This document shows, piece after piece, positions 52,950-64,000 of a stretch of 64,000 nt of DNA. This DNA comes from Candidatus Enterousia sp. (lineage in GTDB: Bacteria > Pseudomonadota > Alphaproteobacteria > Rs-D84). The notes under the pieces are model-generated. The model was given only the letters and a program-made list of their open reading frames with translations. It was not told where the DNA came from and did not search any database. A program made the translations under genes and the position numbers. How positions within the stretch are numbered: the first letter of the stretch is position 1; each line of letters opens with the position of its first letter. The stretch covers positions 2,426-66,425 of the forward strand of contig JAZTWA010000020.1 in assembly GCA_045635585.1 (NCBI GenBank), given 5' to 3'.

Positions 52950-53500
52950 CAGAATTTTACCTTTGGTGCATTACGTTCAGATTCTGCAATTTCAAACATT
53001 GTCGCAGGTGTAAAACCAAACATATTTGCAATAATGTTTGACGGAAACTGTTCAATCATATTATTTAACCCCATTACAACCGTATTATAAAACTGGCGTG
53101 TGGCCTGAATCTTGGTTTCTGTATCGGTTAATTCGCGTTGTAATTCCAAAAAGTTTTGATTTGCCTTTAAATCAGGGTAATTTTCTGCAACCGCAAATAA
53201 ACTTTTTAATGTTTCAGACAATTTATTTTGCGCATCCCCACCCATCGGCCCATTTGCCGTCATCGCCGCATTTCGGGCATTAGTTACCGCAGATAATGTT
53301 TCTGATTCATGTTTTGCCGCACCACGAACAGTTTCAATCAAATTAGGAATTAAATCATATCGACGCTTTAACTGGGTATCAACCGTTGCCCACGCTTCAC
53401 GTACCTGATTACGGCGCGCAACAAGCCCGTTATATATACTGATAAAATAAATTACAAATATTGCGATTACTGCGATTGTTGTCCACATATTATCCCCCAA
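52949..53500 (-). CDS. lemA: LemA family protein
   Basis: N-terminal TM helix, then YNGLVARRNQVREAWATVDTQLKRRYDLIPNL...ENYPDLKAN..F..LQ..L...E..I...R..YN: the canonical LemA pattern. Confidence 0.9.
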   Translation of the reverse strand: MGDNMWTTIAVIAIFVIYFISIYNGLVARRNQVREAWATVDTQLKRRYDLIPNLIETVRGAAKHESETLSAVTNARNAAMTANGPMGGDAQNKLSETLKSLFAVAENYPDLKANQNFLELQRELTDTETKIQATRQFYNTVVMGLNNMIEQFPSNIIANMFGFTPATMFEIAESERNAPKVKF

Positions 53501-53559
53501 TTGTTTACGGTTTGTGCGATTATTGTAATTGTAAATCTGTAAAATTCAACAATTTATAA

Positions 53560-53588
53560 AAAAAAATCCCCAAATTGGGGATTTTTAT
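53560..53588 (-). terminator. Intrinsic terminator after the cold-shock gene
   Basis: AATCCCCAA-a-TTGGGGATT palindrome flanked by A- and T-runs. Confidence 0.7.
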
Positions 53589-53930
53589 TTATTTTTTCCA
53601 AAACGCAAATCCACGTCTGCTGGATTTTTCTTCGCGTTGTTTTCTGTCTTCGATTGCGCGTCTGCGTTCTGCGCGACGTTCTTGGAATCGACGTGCAGAT
53701 TCTTCATCACGTTGAACAACAGTAATTGTTGTAACGGACAATTTATCGTTGCGAACTTCTTCTTCGAATTCAACGATATCATTTTCGTTCAAAAATCTGA
53801 TGCCGGCATCCTTTAAAGAACTGGAATGAACAAATACATCATCTGTGTTGCCATCTGCATTTGGTGTATCAGGTGTAATAAAACCAAAGCACTTTTTACC
53901 ATTGTACCATTTTACTTTTCCTTGACGCAT
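53589..53930 (-). CDS. Cold-shock-domain protein with a basic/acidic C-terminal tail
   Basis: GKVKWYNGKKCFGFITPD (RNP1-like) and DVFVHSS (RNP2-like), followed by an RR/EE-rich ~40-aa extension. Confidence 0.9.
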   Translation of the reverse strand: MRQGKVKWYNGKKCFGFITPDTPNADGNTDDVFVHSSSLKDAGIRFLNENDIVEFEEEVRNDKLSVTTITVVQRDEESARRFQERRAERRRAIEDRKQREEKSSRRGFAFWKK

Positions 53931-54060
53931 AATCGTATCCCTTTGTTATGCTGTTATGGTTCTGTCAGACCATTAAGAACCTGATAATATTTTGACACTT
54001 TTGGCAATTTTTTGCAAGCGAATATCAAATGTATGTTTTCCCACGAATAACCAAATGATA

Positions 54061-55464
54061 TTATTGCTTTTTATAATAACGTTGCACTTCATTCATAACA
54101 AAATTAAATAATTTTTCCGCCTGGGTGGTGGCAGGCATCGCCCAATCACGCTGCATATATGGCATCGCAGAGACCAACACAAAACGCGCCATAAAGTGAA
54201 AGATTTTACTTTGCTGGTGCTTGGTCAATTTAGCCGGCGAATTAGAAACGCTGAACACTTCGTTTTCAATCGCATCATCTAATTTTTCATTAATATTATC
54301 CAGTATCTTTTGCGGATAATACAATGTGCATTCCTTTGGAAAGCCTTCGAACATTGAAATATTATCATTACGCGAATATAAAATATTCCATCCAACACGT
54401 TCAAACAAATCTTCCAAACACTGGCATATCATGCGATTATATGATTTTACACCATGTTCCATAAATGTCGCAAGACGAGCTTCTATGTTGTCTGATTTTG
54501 CACATTTCTTTTTTCGTGCTTCTTCATACGCACCATGCGTTTGACGTTCAAATTCAAAAAAGGTACGAACCTGACATATAATTTCCATCGGAACAATGGT
54601 TTCAGGATTTGGTCCAATGTTTAATATGACCTTGGCATCGCGATAATTACGCGGATTTTGCATGTTATAAAAACAGTCACGAACCGATAAAATACGTTCA
54701 GGCATAATCTCATGCAGACGTTCAATAAACAAACGCGCCTGGGGAATCAAATCAAACAGACATTTTACACGCCAAACGTCTTGTAATCTGTAACGCGGTG
54801 GTTCAACCTTGTCCAAGGCACGCACCAAATCAACCGCAATCTTTTCATGTCCGCGACCAATTATGGACAAAACCGTTTCAGACGCATTATTTGTGTAACG
54901 TTCCGCAAATCTTTGACGAATTTTATCGGAAATTGCCTTGGCTGATGCTTCGCGTTCGTGTGCAGACAATACGCTATACGCAGTGTTTGCAACGTCATTT
55001 ACATAATCGGCATAATATTTTCCGGTAATCTTTTCTAGCGCCCTGTCTATCTTTTTTTGCGCAGCGACAATAACCGTAACAATAGACGACACTGACAAAT
55101 CAATTTTATGGCCAGCAGAACTGGTAAAAAACTGATTTCGCATTGGATCCGCATCCAAACGATGATTTACAACATATGGTGTCAGCGGATTTATATCAGC
55201 GATACGAATAGGTTCATCGACGGCACAATCTGATTCATAATCATATTTCATAACCGCGGCCTTGGGCGCACCAAAAGATTTACCCAAAACATGAAACACT
55301 TCACGCAACCAAGTCATACTGTCCGAATAAAGGACTTTTAGGTAATCAGCCGCTTCTTTATTGATACGCCCCGCCGACAATGCCTTGTCAATCGCAAACA
55401 GATTCTTGCGATCGTTATCGGCGGTCATATCACGTGCATATGTTTCTGAACCAAAATTATTCAT
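54061..55464 (-). CDS. Hypothetical protein with a divergent RelA/SpoT-like nucleotidyltransferase signature
   Basis: The coding call is solid (467-aa ORF, no competing ORF). The domain call rests on aa ~195-320: IIGRGHEK..., LQDVWRVKCLF (cf. D.xG.R), NYRDAKVIL (cf. GYRSxH) and MEIICQVRTFFEFERQTHGAYEEARK (cf. EIQIRT..xHxWAxxEHxxxYK). Confidence 0.5.
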   Translation of the reverse strand: MNNFGSETYARDMTADNDRKNLFAIDKALSAGRINKEAADYLKVLYSDSMTWLREVFHVLGKSFGAPKAAVMKYDYESDCAVDEPIRIADINPLTPYVVNHRLDADPMRNQFFTSSAGHKIDLSVSSIVTVIVAAQKKIDRALEKITGKYYADYVNDVANTAYSVLSAHEREASAKAISDKIRQRFAERYTNNASETVLSIIGRGHEKIAVDLVRALDKVEPPRYRLQDVWRVKCLFDLIPQARLFIERLHEIMPERILSVRDCFYNMQNPRNYRDAKVILNIGPNPETIVPMEIICQVRTFFEFERQTHGAYEEARKKKCAKSDNIEARLATFMEHGVKSYNRMICQCLEDLFERVGWNILYSRNDNISMFEGFPKECTLYYPQKILDNINEKLDDAIENEVFSVSNSPAKLTKHQQSKIFHFMARFVLVSAMPYMQRDWAMPATTQAEKLFNFVMNEVQRYYKKQ

Positions 55465-55477
55465 ATCGATTTGTTAC

Positions 55478-56944
55478 CTATTTCATTATTGGGAATAATA
55501 TTACGTCGCGCAACGTTGGTTGGTCGAATATGATGCTGGCCAATCTGTCAACCCCCATACCAACACCAGAAATTGGCGGAAAACCATGTTCCATTGCACG
55601 AACGAAATCATTATCTGGGTTAAACGCTTCTTCATCACCATCGGCAATATTTTTTGCCTGTTCTTCAAACGCAGCCAACTGTTGTATTGGATTTACAAGT
55701 TCTGAATATCCCTTGCAGATTTCGGCACCACATACCAACAACTGGTACATATCAATTCTGCGTTCATCGGCATCGCTGCGACGGGCCAATGGCACCATAT
55801 ATGCAGGATAATTATACAAGAATGTTGGATTTACAATATTGCCACGAATCTTGCGCTTGTACACATAGTCAACCAATGCAGGTATCGATTTTAAATCTTC
55901 TAATTCTGACATTGGGAACATGCCGGCATCAACCAATTTTTGACGCAATACATTTACATCATCAAAATCCAATATATCACAACCAAAGAATTCATTCATC
56001 TTGGCCGTATAATCAATCATTTCATACTTTGAAAAGTCCAATGCGGTACCTTGGTATTCAATTTGCAGGGTTCCACGACATTTCATTAACAAATCTTGGA
56101 TTAAATCCCATGTAAACTGGATATTCTTTTTAAAGTCCCAATATGCAGCATACCATTCGACCATTGTAAATTCTTGCAAATGCATCGCATCCATACCTTC
56201 GTTACGAAAGTCTTTGGCAACTTCATAAACACGATCAAAACCGGCACCAATTGCCTGCTTTAAGAATAATTCCGGCGATATGCGCAATTGGAAATCCGCG
56301 TCCAATGCATTGTGATGGGTTGTAAATGGACGTGCCGCCGCACCCGATGCAATATTCTGCATAATTGGTGTTTCGATTTCCAAAAATCCGTTGGCATTCA
56401 TAAAATCACGCCAGTATTGAGTCATCTTGAAACGTCCCAACAATGCATTACGCGTTTCTGGATTTGAAATAATATCCAAATAACGTTGACGATAACGCGT
56501 TTCCATATCTGTCAGGCCATGGTATTTTTCTGGCAATGGACGTAATGCCTTGGCCAAGATTTCATAATTCGACACCTTGACAGTTAATTCGCCCGCAGTC
56601 GTATGATACAAAACACCAGTGATACCAATAAAATCGCCCAAGTCAACATTAGCCTTCATAAATTTATAATTTTCTTCGCCCAATTCTTCGCGAGACATAG
56701 AAAACTGAATTTCACCATTAATATCATAAATACGACCAAACATCAATTTTCCCAACCAACGCAACGCAGTTACACGCCCCGCCAATTTTACAGGCGCATC
56801 ATCGGACAATTCGCGCGCTTCTGCAATTGTATGTGAACGGTCAAATTTATCTTTCCACACAACACCATCGCGTGCACGAATATTTTCAGCCTTTTGCAGG
56901 CGAGCTGTTAATTCATTAGTTGAAATTGGTGTATTTTCTGACAT
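55478..56944 (-). CDS. lysS: Lysyl-tRNA synthetase, class II
   Basis: OB-fold N-domain (KLAGRVTALRWLGKLMFGRIYD) and class II motifs (...FLEIETP..., ...FRNEG..., ...GVGMGVDRL). Start moved to ATG 56944, with AAGGAA 7 nt upstream. Confidence 0.95.
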   Translation of the reverse strand: MSENTPISTNELTARLQKAENIRARDGVVWKDKFDRSHTIAEARELSDDAPVKLAGRVTALRWLGKLMFGRIYDINGEIQFSMSREELGEENYKFMKANVDLGDFIGITGVLYHTTAGELTVKVSNYEILAKALRPLPEKYHGLTDMETRYRQRYLDIISNPETRNALLGRFKMTQYWRDFMNANGFLEIETPIMQNIASGAAARPFTTHHNALDADFQLRISPELFLKQAIGAGFDRVYEVAKDFRNEGMDAMHLQEFTMVEWYAAYWDFKKNIQFTWDLIQDLLMKCRGTLQIEYQGTALDFSKYEMIDYTAKMNEFFGCDILDFDDVNVLRQKLVDAGMFPMSELEDLKSIPALVDYVYKRKIRGNIVNPTFLYNYPAYMVPLARRSDADERRIDMYQLLVCGAEICKGYSELVNPIQQLAAFEEQAKNIADGDEEAFNPDNDFVRAMEHGFPPISGVGMGVDRLASIIFDQPTLRDVILFPIMK

Positions 56945-57081
56945 TTTTGTTTCCTTAGCGTTTTTATTATAAAAAACGGGCACCCCAAAAGTGCGCCCGC
57001 AGTTTATATTCTGTTGGTCGCACGTATCAATAAAAGCGTTTAATAAAACATTTCATAGTGTTTGTGCACCCTGGGTTTATT

Positions 57082-57109
57082 TAACACAAAACCGCCTTTA
57101 CGGCGGTTT
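57082..57109 (-). terminator. Hairpin terminator downstream of tRNA-Gly
   Basis: On the minus strand: AAACCGCC-gtaaa-GGCGGTTT followed by TGTGTT. Confidence 0.55.
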
Positions 57110-57116
57110 CGAATTC

Positions 57117-57193
57117 TGGTGCGAGCAAAGGGGCTCGAACCCTCGACCTCAACCTTGGCAAGGTTGCGCTCTAGCCAACTGAGCTACGCTCGC
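57117..57193 (-). tRNA. tRNA-Gly (GCC)
   Basis: Minus strand GCGAGCGTAGCTCAGTTGGCTAGAGCGCAACCTTGCCAAGGTTGAGGTCGAGGGTTCGAGCCCCTTTGCTCGCACCA. Anticodon loop TTGCCAA, CCA encoded. Confidence 0.9.
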
Positions 57194-57278
57194 ATTGCGT
57201 GTTGTATATTGACATATTTTTTTACACATTGCAAGTGTTTTTTTCAAAAAAAATTACCCATCTTAAAGATGGGTGTTT

Positions 57279-57536
57279 TTACTTGGTTTTTTCGTATCTT
57301 TTCATGTGTTCAAAACGCAAAGAATCTAATTTGTATTGCTGTTTTGCGATATCCAATTGTTGACGGCGCAAATCGTTTGATTCTGACAACTCTCTTTCAA
57401 TTGATGCCGTACTGCACATAACACAGAATGTCATAATCGCAATAAAAGCAATCGCAGAACCACCAACACTGATACGGATACGATTACTGGATGGTTTTTG
57501 ATTAATATCTTTGATTTCTATATTTCTATCAATCAT
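57279..57536 (-). CDS. Small single-pass membrane protein with a coiled-coil tail (FtsL/FtsB-like layout; function not established)
   Basis: 85 aa. TM helix SAIAFIAIMTFCVMC, then ERELSESNDLRRQQLDIAKQQYKLDSLRFE. Confidence 0.45.
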   Translation of the reverse strand: MIDRNIEIKDINQKPSSNRIRISVGGSAIAFIAIMTFCVMCSTASIERELSESNDLRRQQLDIAKQQYKLDSLRFEHMKRYEKTK

Positions 57537-57556
57537 TATAATGCTCTATTTTCAAT

Positions 57557-58546
57557 TTAGAACCATGTCCATGGTTGAAAAACCTTTAACAGCCCAAGCG
57601 CCGTACGCTTGTCTGCATATGTATGACCACAGCGCGGACACACATTAAACGGCTTTAATATCGCCTTGGCTTTTTTAAAGAACAATGACCAGATATATAA
57701 TCCCAATGCCCAAGCCGCAAAAACCAACCCCCACGCGACATAACCAAAATATTTATCAACCGTATCGGTAATAACCGTAACTGTTGTTACATCAGATGCA
57801 GACAAGTCATTATATATCTTGGTTGCAACCGGCCAACTGGATGGACGCCATGGATATACGTGTTCAATTCCATAATTTGTTAACAATGTTGTCCCCAATC
57901 CACCCGATTGTTTATCCAACGCAGTTTTAATCGCAGAATCCAACATTGTATCAACTTCGGTCTGGGCCACACGTGTTAAATCGGTTTTAATCTTGTCCAA
58001 CTGTTGATTAACCTTGGCCGCAGTATTATCAACACTGGCAATTGCAGCATTTGTTTTGGCAATACCCGCATCCACATCGGCAACAGCCTTGTCCAGGCCA
58101 TCTGTTTTGGCGCCAAACTTTTTGGCCAAACCTGTTAATTTCTTGACACCTGATGTCTTTTCAGACACAGCCGCAGTTTTTTCCTTGGCAATTGCAGTTG
58201 TATCCGTAACCTTGGTAACGGCATCTTCGGCCATTTTAACCTTGTCCACCGCCAGCGCAATCGGTTTTTCAAGATTAATTGACTTTGCAACGCCATCCAA
58301 TAATGCTTCGTACTGTTTTACAATACCCTTTTGCAAATCAAAGAACATTGACACAACAATCGACTTTTTAATTGGGCCAGAATACGTATCCTTGACATGT
58401 AATGGAAACCAGGCCACCAGCGCAAGCCATACAATCGTAACAATAGATATAGTACGTTTTGTCCATGTGACAACAGACTGTTTTTTTGCAACAGTTTTTG
58501 CGCCACCCATGTCAATTACTTCGACTTGTTTTTTTGCACGTGCCAT
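57557..58546 (-). CDS. Membrane protein with an Ala/Lys/Thr/Asp-rich helical region and a C-terminal CPRC motif, unknown function
   Basis: 329 aa. One N-terminal TM segment and a C-terminal TM pair (YVAWGLVFAAWALGLYIWSLFF), then CPRCGHTYADKRT. Confidence 0.5.
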   Translation of the reverse strand: MARAKKQVEVIDMGGAKTVAKKQSVVTWTKRTISIVTIVWLALVAWFPLHVKDTYSGPIKKSIVVSMFFDLQKGIVKQYEALLDGVAKSINLEKPIALAVDKVKMAEDAVTKVTDTTAIAKEKTAAVSEKTSGVKKLTGLAKKFGAKTDGLDKAVADVDAGIAKTNAAIASVDNTAAKVNQQLDKIKTDLTRVAQTEVDTMLDSAIKTALDKQSGGLGTTLLTNYGIEHVYPWRPSSWPVATKIYNDLSASDVTTVTVITDTVDKYFGYVAWGLVFAAWALGLYIWSLFFKKAKAILKPFNVCPRCGHTYADKRTALGLLKVFQPWTWF

Positions 58547-58606
58547 AAAAAACTCCTTTTACCCATATAAGCAGTTTAGATGATTGCGATAATATTTTGC
58601 AACAAT

Positions 58607-58933
58607 TTATTTGGTGTTTTGGTCGCGATACAGTGTAGCTACCACCCTGTGAAATTTTTCAATTTCTGTTTTCTGTATCTCTTTAACTTCATTGATGTGC
58701 GTATATTTGTATTCCTGATAACGCTGAACATCTTTTATTGCTTGGATATACGTGGCACATTCTGTCCACTTGTTGCCGATTACAGCGATATCCATGCGGG
58801 GAATCAAATTCCATGAGTTGGGCTTATTCGTATCTGCACGACATACCAATGTGAATACCTTGTAATATTCACCACTGCGTATATGTGTATACGCCAGAAT
58901 TAAGTCATCTGTATTTAACTTAACATACGCCAT
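58607..58933 (-). CDS. Hypothetical protein (tandem paralogue of 59000..59368)
   Basis: 108-aa ORF. Shares L.L..D....AY.....Y..+.L...D.N.....P...I......A..Y.Q.IK.YQ with the neighbouring gene. Confidence 0.45.
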   Translation of the reverse strand: MAYVKLNTDDLILAYTHIRSGEYYKVFTLVCRADTNKPNSWNLIPRMDIAVIGNKWTECATYIQAIKDVQRYQEYKYTHINEVKEIQKTEIEKFHRVVATLYRDQNTK

Positions 58934-58999
58934 TATGGTCCCCTTTTACTTTCATATATATGTATATATATCTGTTATACACAGACGATGCAATATCTT

Positions 59000-61749
<2,750 letters not shown>

Positions 61750-61753
<4 letters not shown>

Positions 61754-62775
61754 TGGCTATCCTTTTTGAATAATAAACAGCAATCACCATAACTGAAAAA
61801 ACGATATTTTTCAGCAACCGCATGCGAATATGCGTTTTTCATTTCTGACAATCCCGCAAAGGCGGACACCAACATAAACAATGTTGATTTTGGCAAATGA
61901 AAATTGGTCAACAATACATCAACCGCACCAAATTTATACCCCGGCGTAATAAAAATATCTGTTGTATCACAAAATGGCGCAACACGTTTGTATTTCAATT
62001 GGTCTTTGTTACGCATTGCCGCACTTTCTAACAAACGTAACGACGTTGTTCCAACCGCAATTACACGTTTTGCTGAATTAATAATTTCTGCCTGGGCCGG
62101 TGTGATACACCCCCATTCACTATGCATTTTATGTTCGGACAAATTTTCGGTTTTAACAGGCATCCATGTACCCGCACCAACATGCAAAGTAATATTTACG
62201 ATTTCGGCACCACGTTCCCGTATTGCCGCCAATAATTGCGGCGTAAAGTGCAATCCAGCAGTTGGCGCCGCCATAGAGCCCAATGGTGACGAATATACCG
62301 TTTGATAACGTTCCCTGTCCGCAATTTCTGCATCACGCTTCATATATGGCGGCAGTGGCATTTTACCAACCGCATCCAAGACAGCAAAAACATCATCACA
62401 ATGAAAACGTATTTTCAGACCACTATCGCCATCAATGCCAACAATTTCAATCTGTGTACCATTGTCCAACGTCAAAATATCGCCAACATGGATTTTATTA
62501 AAACGACGGCATAATCCCCACCAACACCCATCATCGGTCGCGGTATGCAATGTAATTTCATGGTTCGATGCCATAAAGCGCGCCGGTATCACACGCGAAT
62601 TATTAAAGACAACAACATCCCCCGCTTGGATATGGTTTACAAAATCCCGAACACAGCAATCAGAAACATCATTACCATTTACAACCAACATACGCGATGC
62701 ATCACGTTCTGGCAACGGATGTGACGCAATCAATTCGTTTGGTAAATCAAAGTCAAAATCTGATGTAGTTAACAT
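61750..62775 (-). CDS. queA: S-adenosylmethionine:tRNA ribosyltransferase-isomerase
   Basis: FDFDLP.ELIA..P...RD.SRMLVV; MPLPPYMKR; YQTVYS...GS.AAPTAGLHFT; GTTS.R.LES: the canonical QueA pattern. Confidence 0.95.
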
Positions 62776-62777
62776 AT

Positions 62778-63191
62778 TTATCGTGTCTTTTGTTTTATGT
62801 TGTTACGTAACTGATTTATACGACTAACACTGGGGATTGCAAATACATTCATACCATTAACACACATCATCGCAACACCATCAGAATTCAATAAATCCAC
62901 ATCTACCCCATGATTTGGGTTATGATACAGTAACGTATCGCCGACTGATATACGTTTATACAAATTATATTCTGGGGTGTTTTTTATATCTGACAAATCA
63001 ATCAAACGGTTGACACCAGAATCTGTTACCGGGCCAACATACAATTTATCGTCGTCATGATAACGAACAACGCCAACTTCATAAGAATTATCCCAAACCG
63101 AAGAAACAAAATGCCCACCCGCACATCCAGATGCGATTATTCCAGAACCAATTACATATGGAACAACCTTTTTATAAAAATTCATATTCAT
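62778..63191 (-). CDS. Probable lipoprotein, unknown function
   Basis: MNMNFYKKVVPYVIGSGIIASGC lipobox-like start. Start moved to 63191 so that it no longer overlaps era. Confidence 0.45.
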   Translation of the reverse strand: MNMNFYKKVVPYVIGSGIIASGCAGGHFVSSVWDNSYEVGVVRYHDDDKLYVGPVTDSGVNRLIDLSDIKNTPEYNLYKRISVGDTLLYHNPNHGVDVDLLNSDGVAMMCVNGMNVFAIPSVSRINQLRNNIKQKTR

Positions 63192-63196
63192 AAACC

Positions 63197-64000
63197 TTAT
63201 TTCCCAAAATCCAAGCCTTGATCGATATAATTTTCGGCCTTTTCTTCCCAATCGGGTTCAACACGCACAAACAAATGCAAACGCGCATTTACACCCCACT
63301 GATCTTGGATATCATGACGGGCCGCCGTACCAATTTGTTTTAACTGGGCACCGCCACGACCAACAACAATCTTTTTATGTCCATCATTACGAACAGCAAT
63401 TTTTTGATATATATCCAAAACACCTTCGTCATCAACATCAACACGTTCAGTTACAACATTGATATGATATGGCAATTCTTGATGGATATACTTATACACC
63501 TTTTCACGCGTTAATTCCGACAAATACAATTCATCAGGAACATCGGGCGCATCAACAGTATCAAACAAATACGGCGATTCAGGCATAACAGACGCCAATG
63601 AATCCAACATTTTTACAACACCGTCATTCTTTAATGCAGATATCATGAATATTTCACGCCATTGTGCCATCTGGGAGATTTCAGCAACCATCGGTAACAA
63701 GTCCAATTTTGCAACCGCATCAACCTTGTTTAATGCAACAAAGATGTTTGGACGGTTTTGAATTTTTTCCGCCAATGCACGAATTGTTTCGGTTATACCC
63801 TTGGTCGCATCAATCAACAATAACACAGCATCAGCGTCCGACACCGCATCCATCGCAGCAGCAACCATCGCACGGTCCAAACGACGAGACGGCTTGAATA
63901 CACCAGGTGTATCAACAAATATCAACTGGCGCGCACCAACCATTTTAACCGCACGCAACCGTGTTCGCGTGGTCTGAACCTTGTGCGAAACAATGGATAC
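63197..64000 (-). CDS. era: GTPase Era, C-terminal ~267 codons; the N-terminus lies beyond the right window edge
   Basis: Upstream of the listed ORF the frame stays open to position 64000 (VSIVSHKVQTTRTRLRAV...). FVDTPG (G3), NKVD (G4) and a KH domain (VVGRGGAQLKQIGTAAR) are present. Confidence 0.9.
   Translation of the reverse strand, partial: VSIVSHKVQTTRTRLRAVKMVGARQLIFVDTPGVFKPSRRLDRAMVAAAMDAVSDADAVLLLIDATKGITETIRALAEKIQNRPNIFVALNKVDAVAKLDLLPMVAEISQMAQWREIFMISALKNDGVVKMLDSLASVMPESPYLFDTVDAPDVPDELYLSELTREKVYKYIHQELPYHINVVTERVDVDDEGVLDIYQKIAVRNDGHKKIVVGRGGAQLKQIGTAARHDIQDQWGVNARLHLFVRVEPDWEEKAENYIDQGLDFGK

Overview
AT-rich bacterial chromosome segment. The housekeeping genes look alphaproteobacterial (S4, SmpB, the XerC/D-type recombinase and a repressor-type HTH resemble alphaproteobacterial versions), and the accessory content suggests an intracellular or protist-associated lifestyle; that is inference. 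Housekeeping content: trpS, rnpB, tRNA-Met(CAU), tRNA-Ser(GGA), tRNA-Gly(GCC), rpoZ, mtaB-like, a DD-carboxypeptidase, holB, tatD, smpB, RNase J, rpsD, lemA, a cold-shock protein, lysS, tgt, queA and era. Five things stand out. (1) About 25 kb (1-1590 and 6688-30388) encodes a family of giant secreted proteins. They combine eukaryote-like Cys-rich CxxC modules, Listeria-Bacteroides repeats and recurrent EIEVY-type beta-sandwich modules, and they share a conserved promoter/5'UTR/signal-peptide cassette. One member is split by a 1-nt frameshift at a G4 tract and would otherwise be about 4506 aa. (2) An 8.2-kb segment (33689-41909) abuts the 3' end of tRNA-Ser and is flanked by imperfect ~85-nt direct repeats. 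It contains a serine-recombinase remnant and a tight four-gene operon: Nudix, B12-binding radical SAM, SPASM radical SAM and an adenosine-deaminase-fold enzyme. A divergent thymidylate-kinase-like gene converges on this operon. I consider this the best candidate for an undescribed nucleotide-modifying system, either biosynthetic or defensive. (3) A (CATA)9.75 tetranucleotide tract sits just after the start codon of a secreted-protein gene, which is the classic slipped-strand phase-variation architecture. (4) Three clusters of a ~40-nt palindromic repeat family occur in intergenic regions. (5) A 467-aa ORF carries a divergent RelA/SpoT-like nucleotidyltransferase signature. All domain calls come from motif reading by eye; no searches were run.
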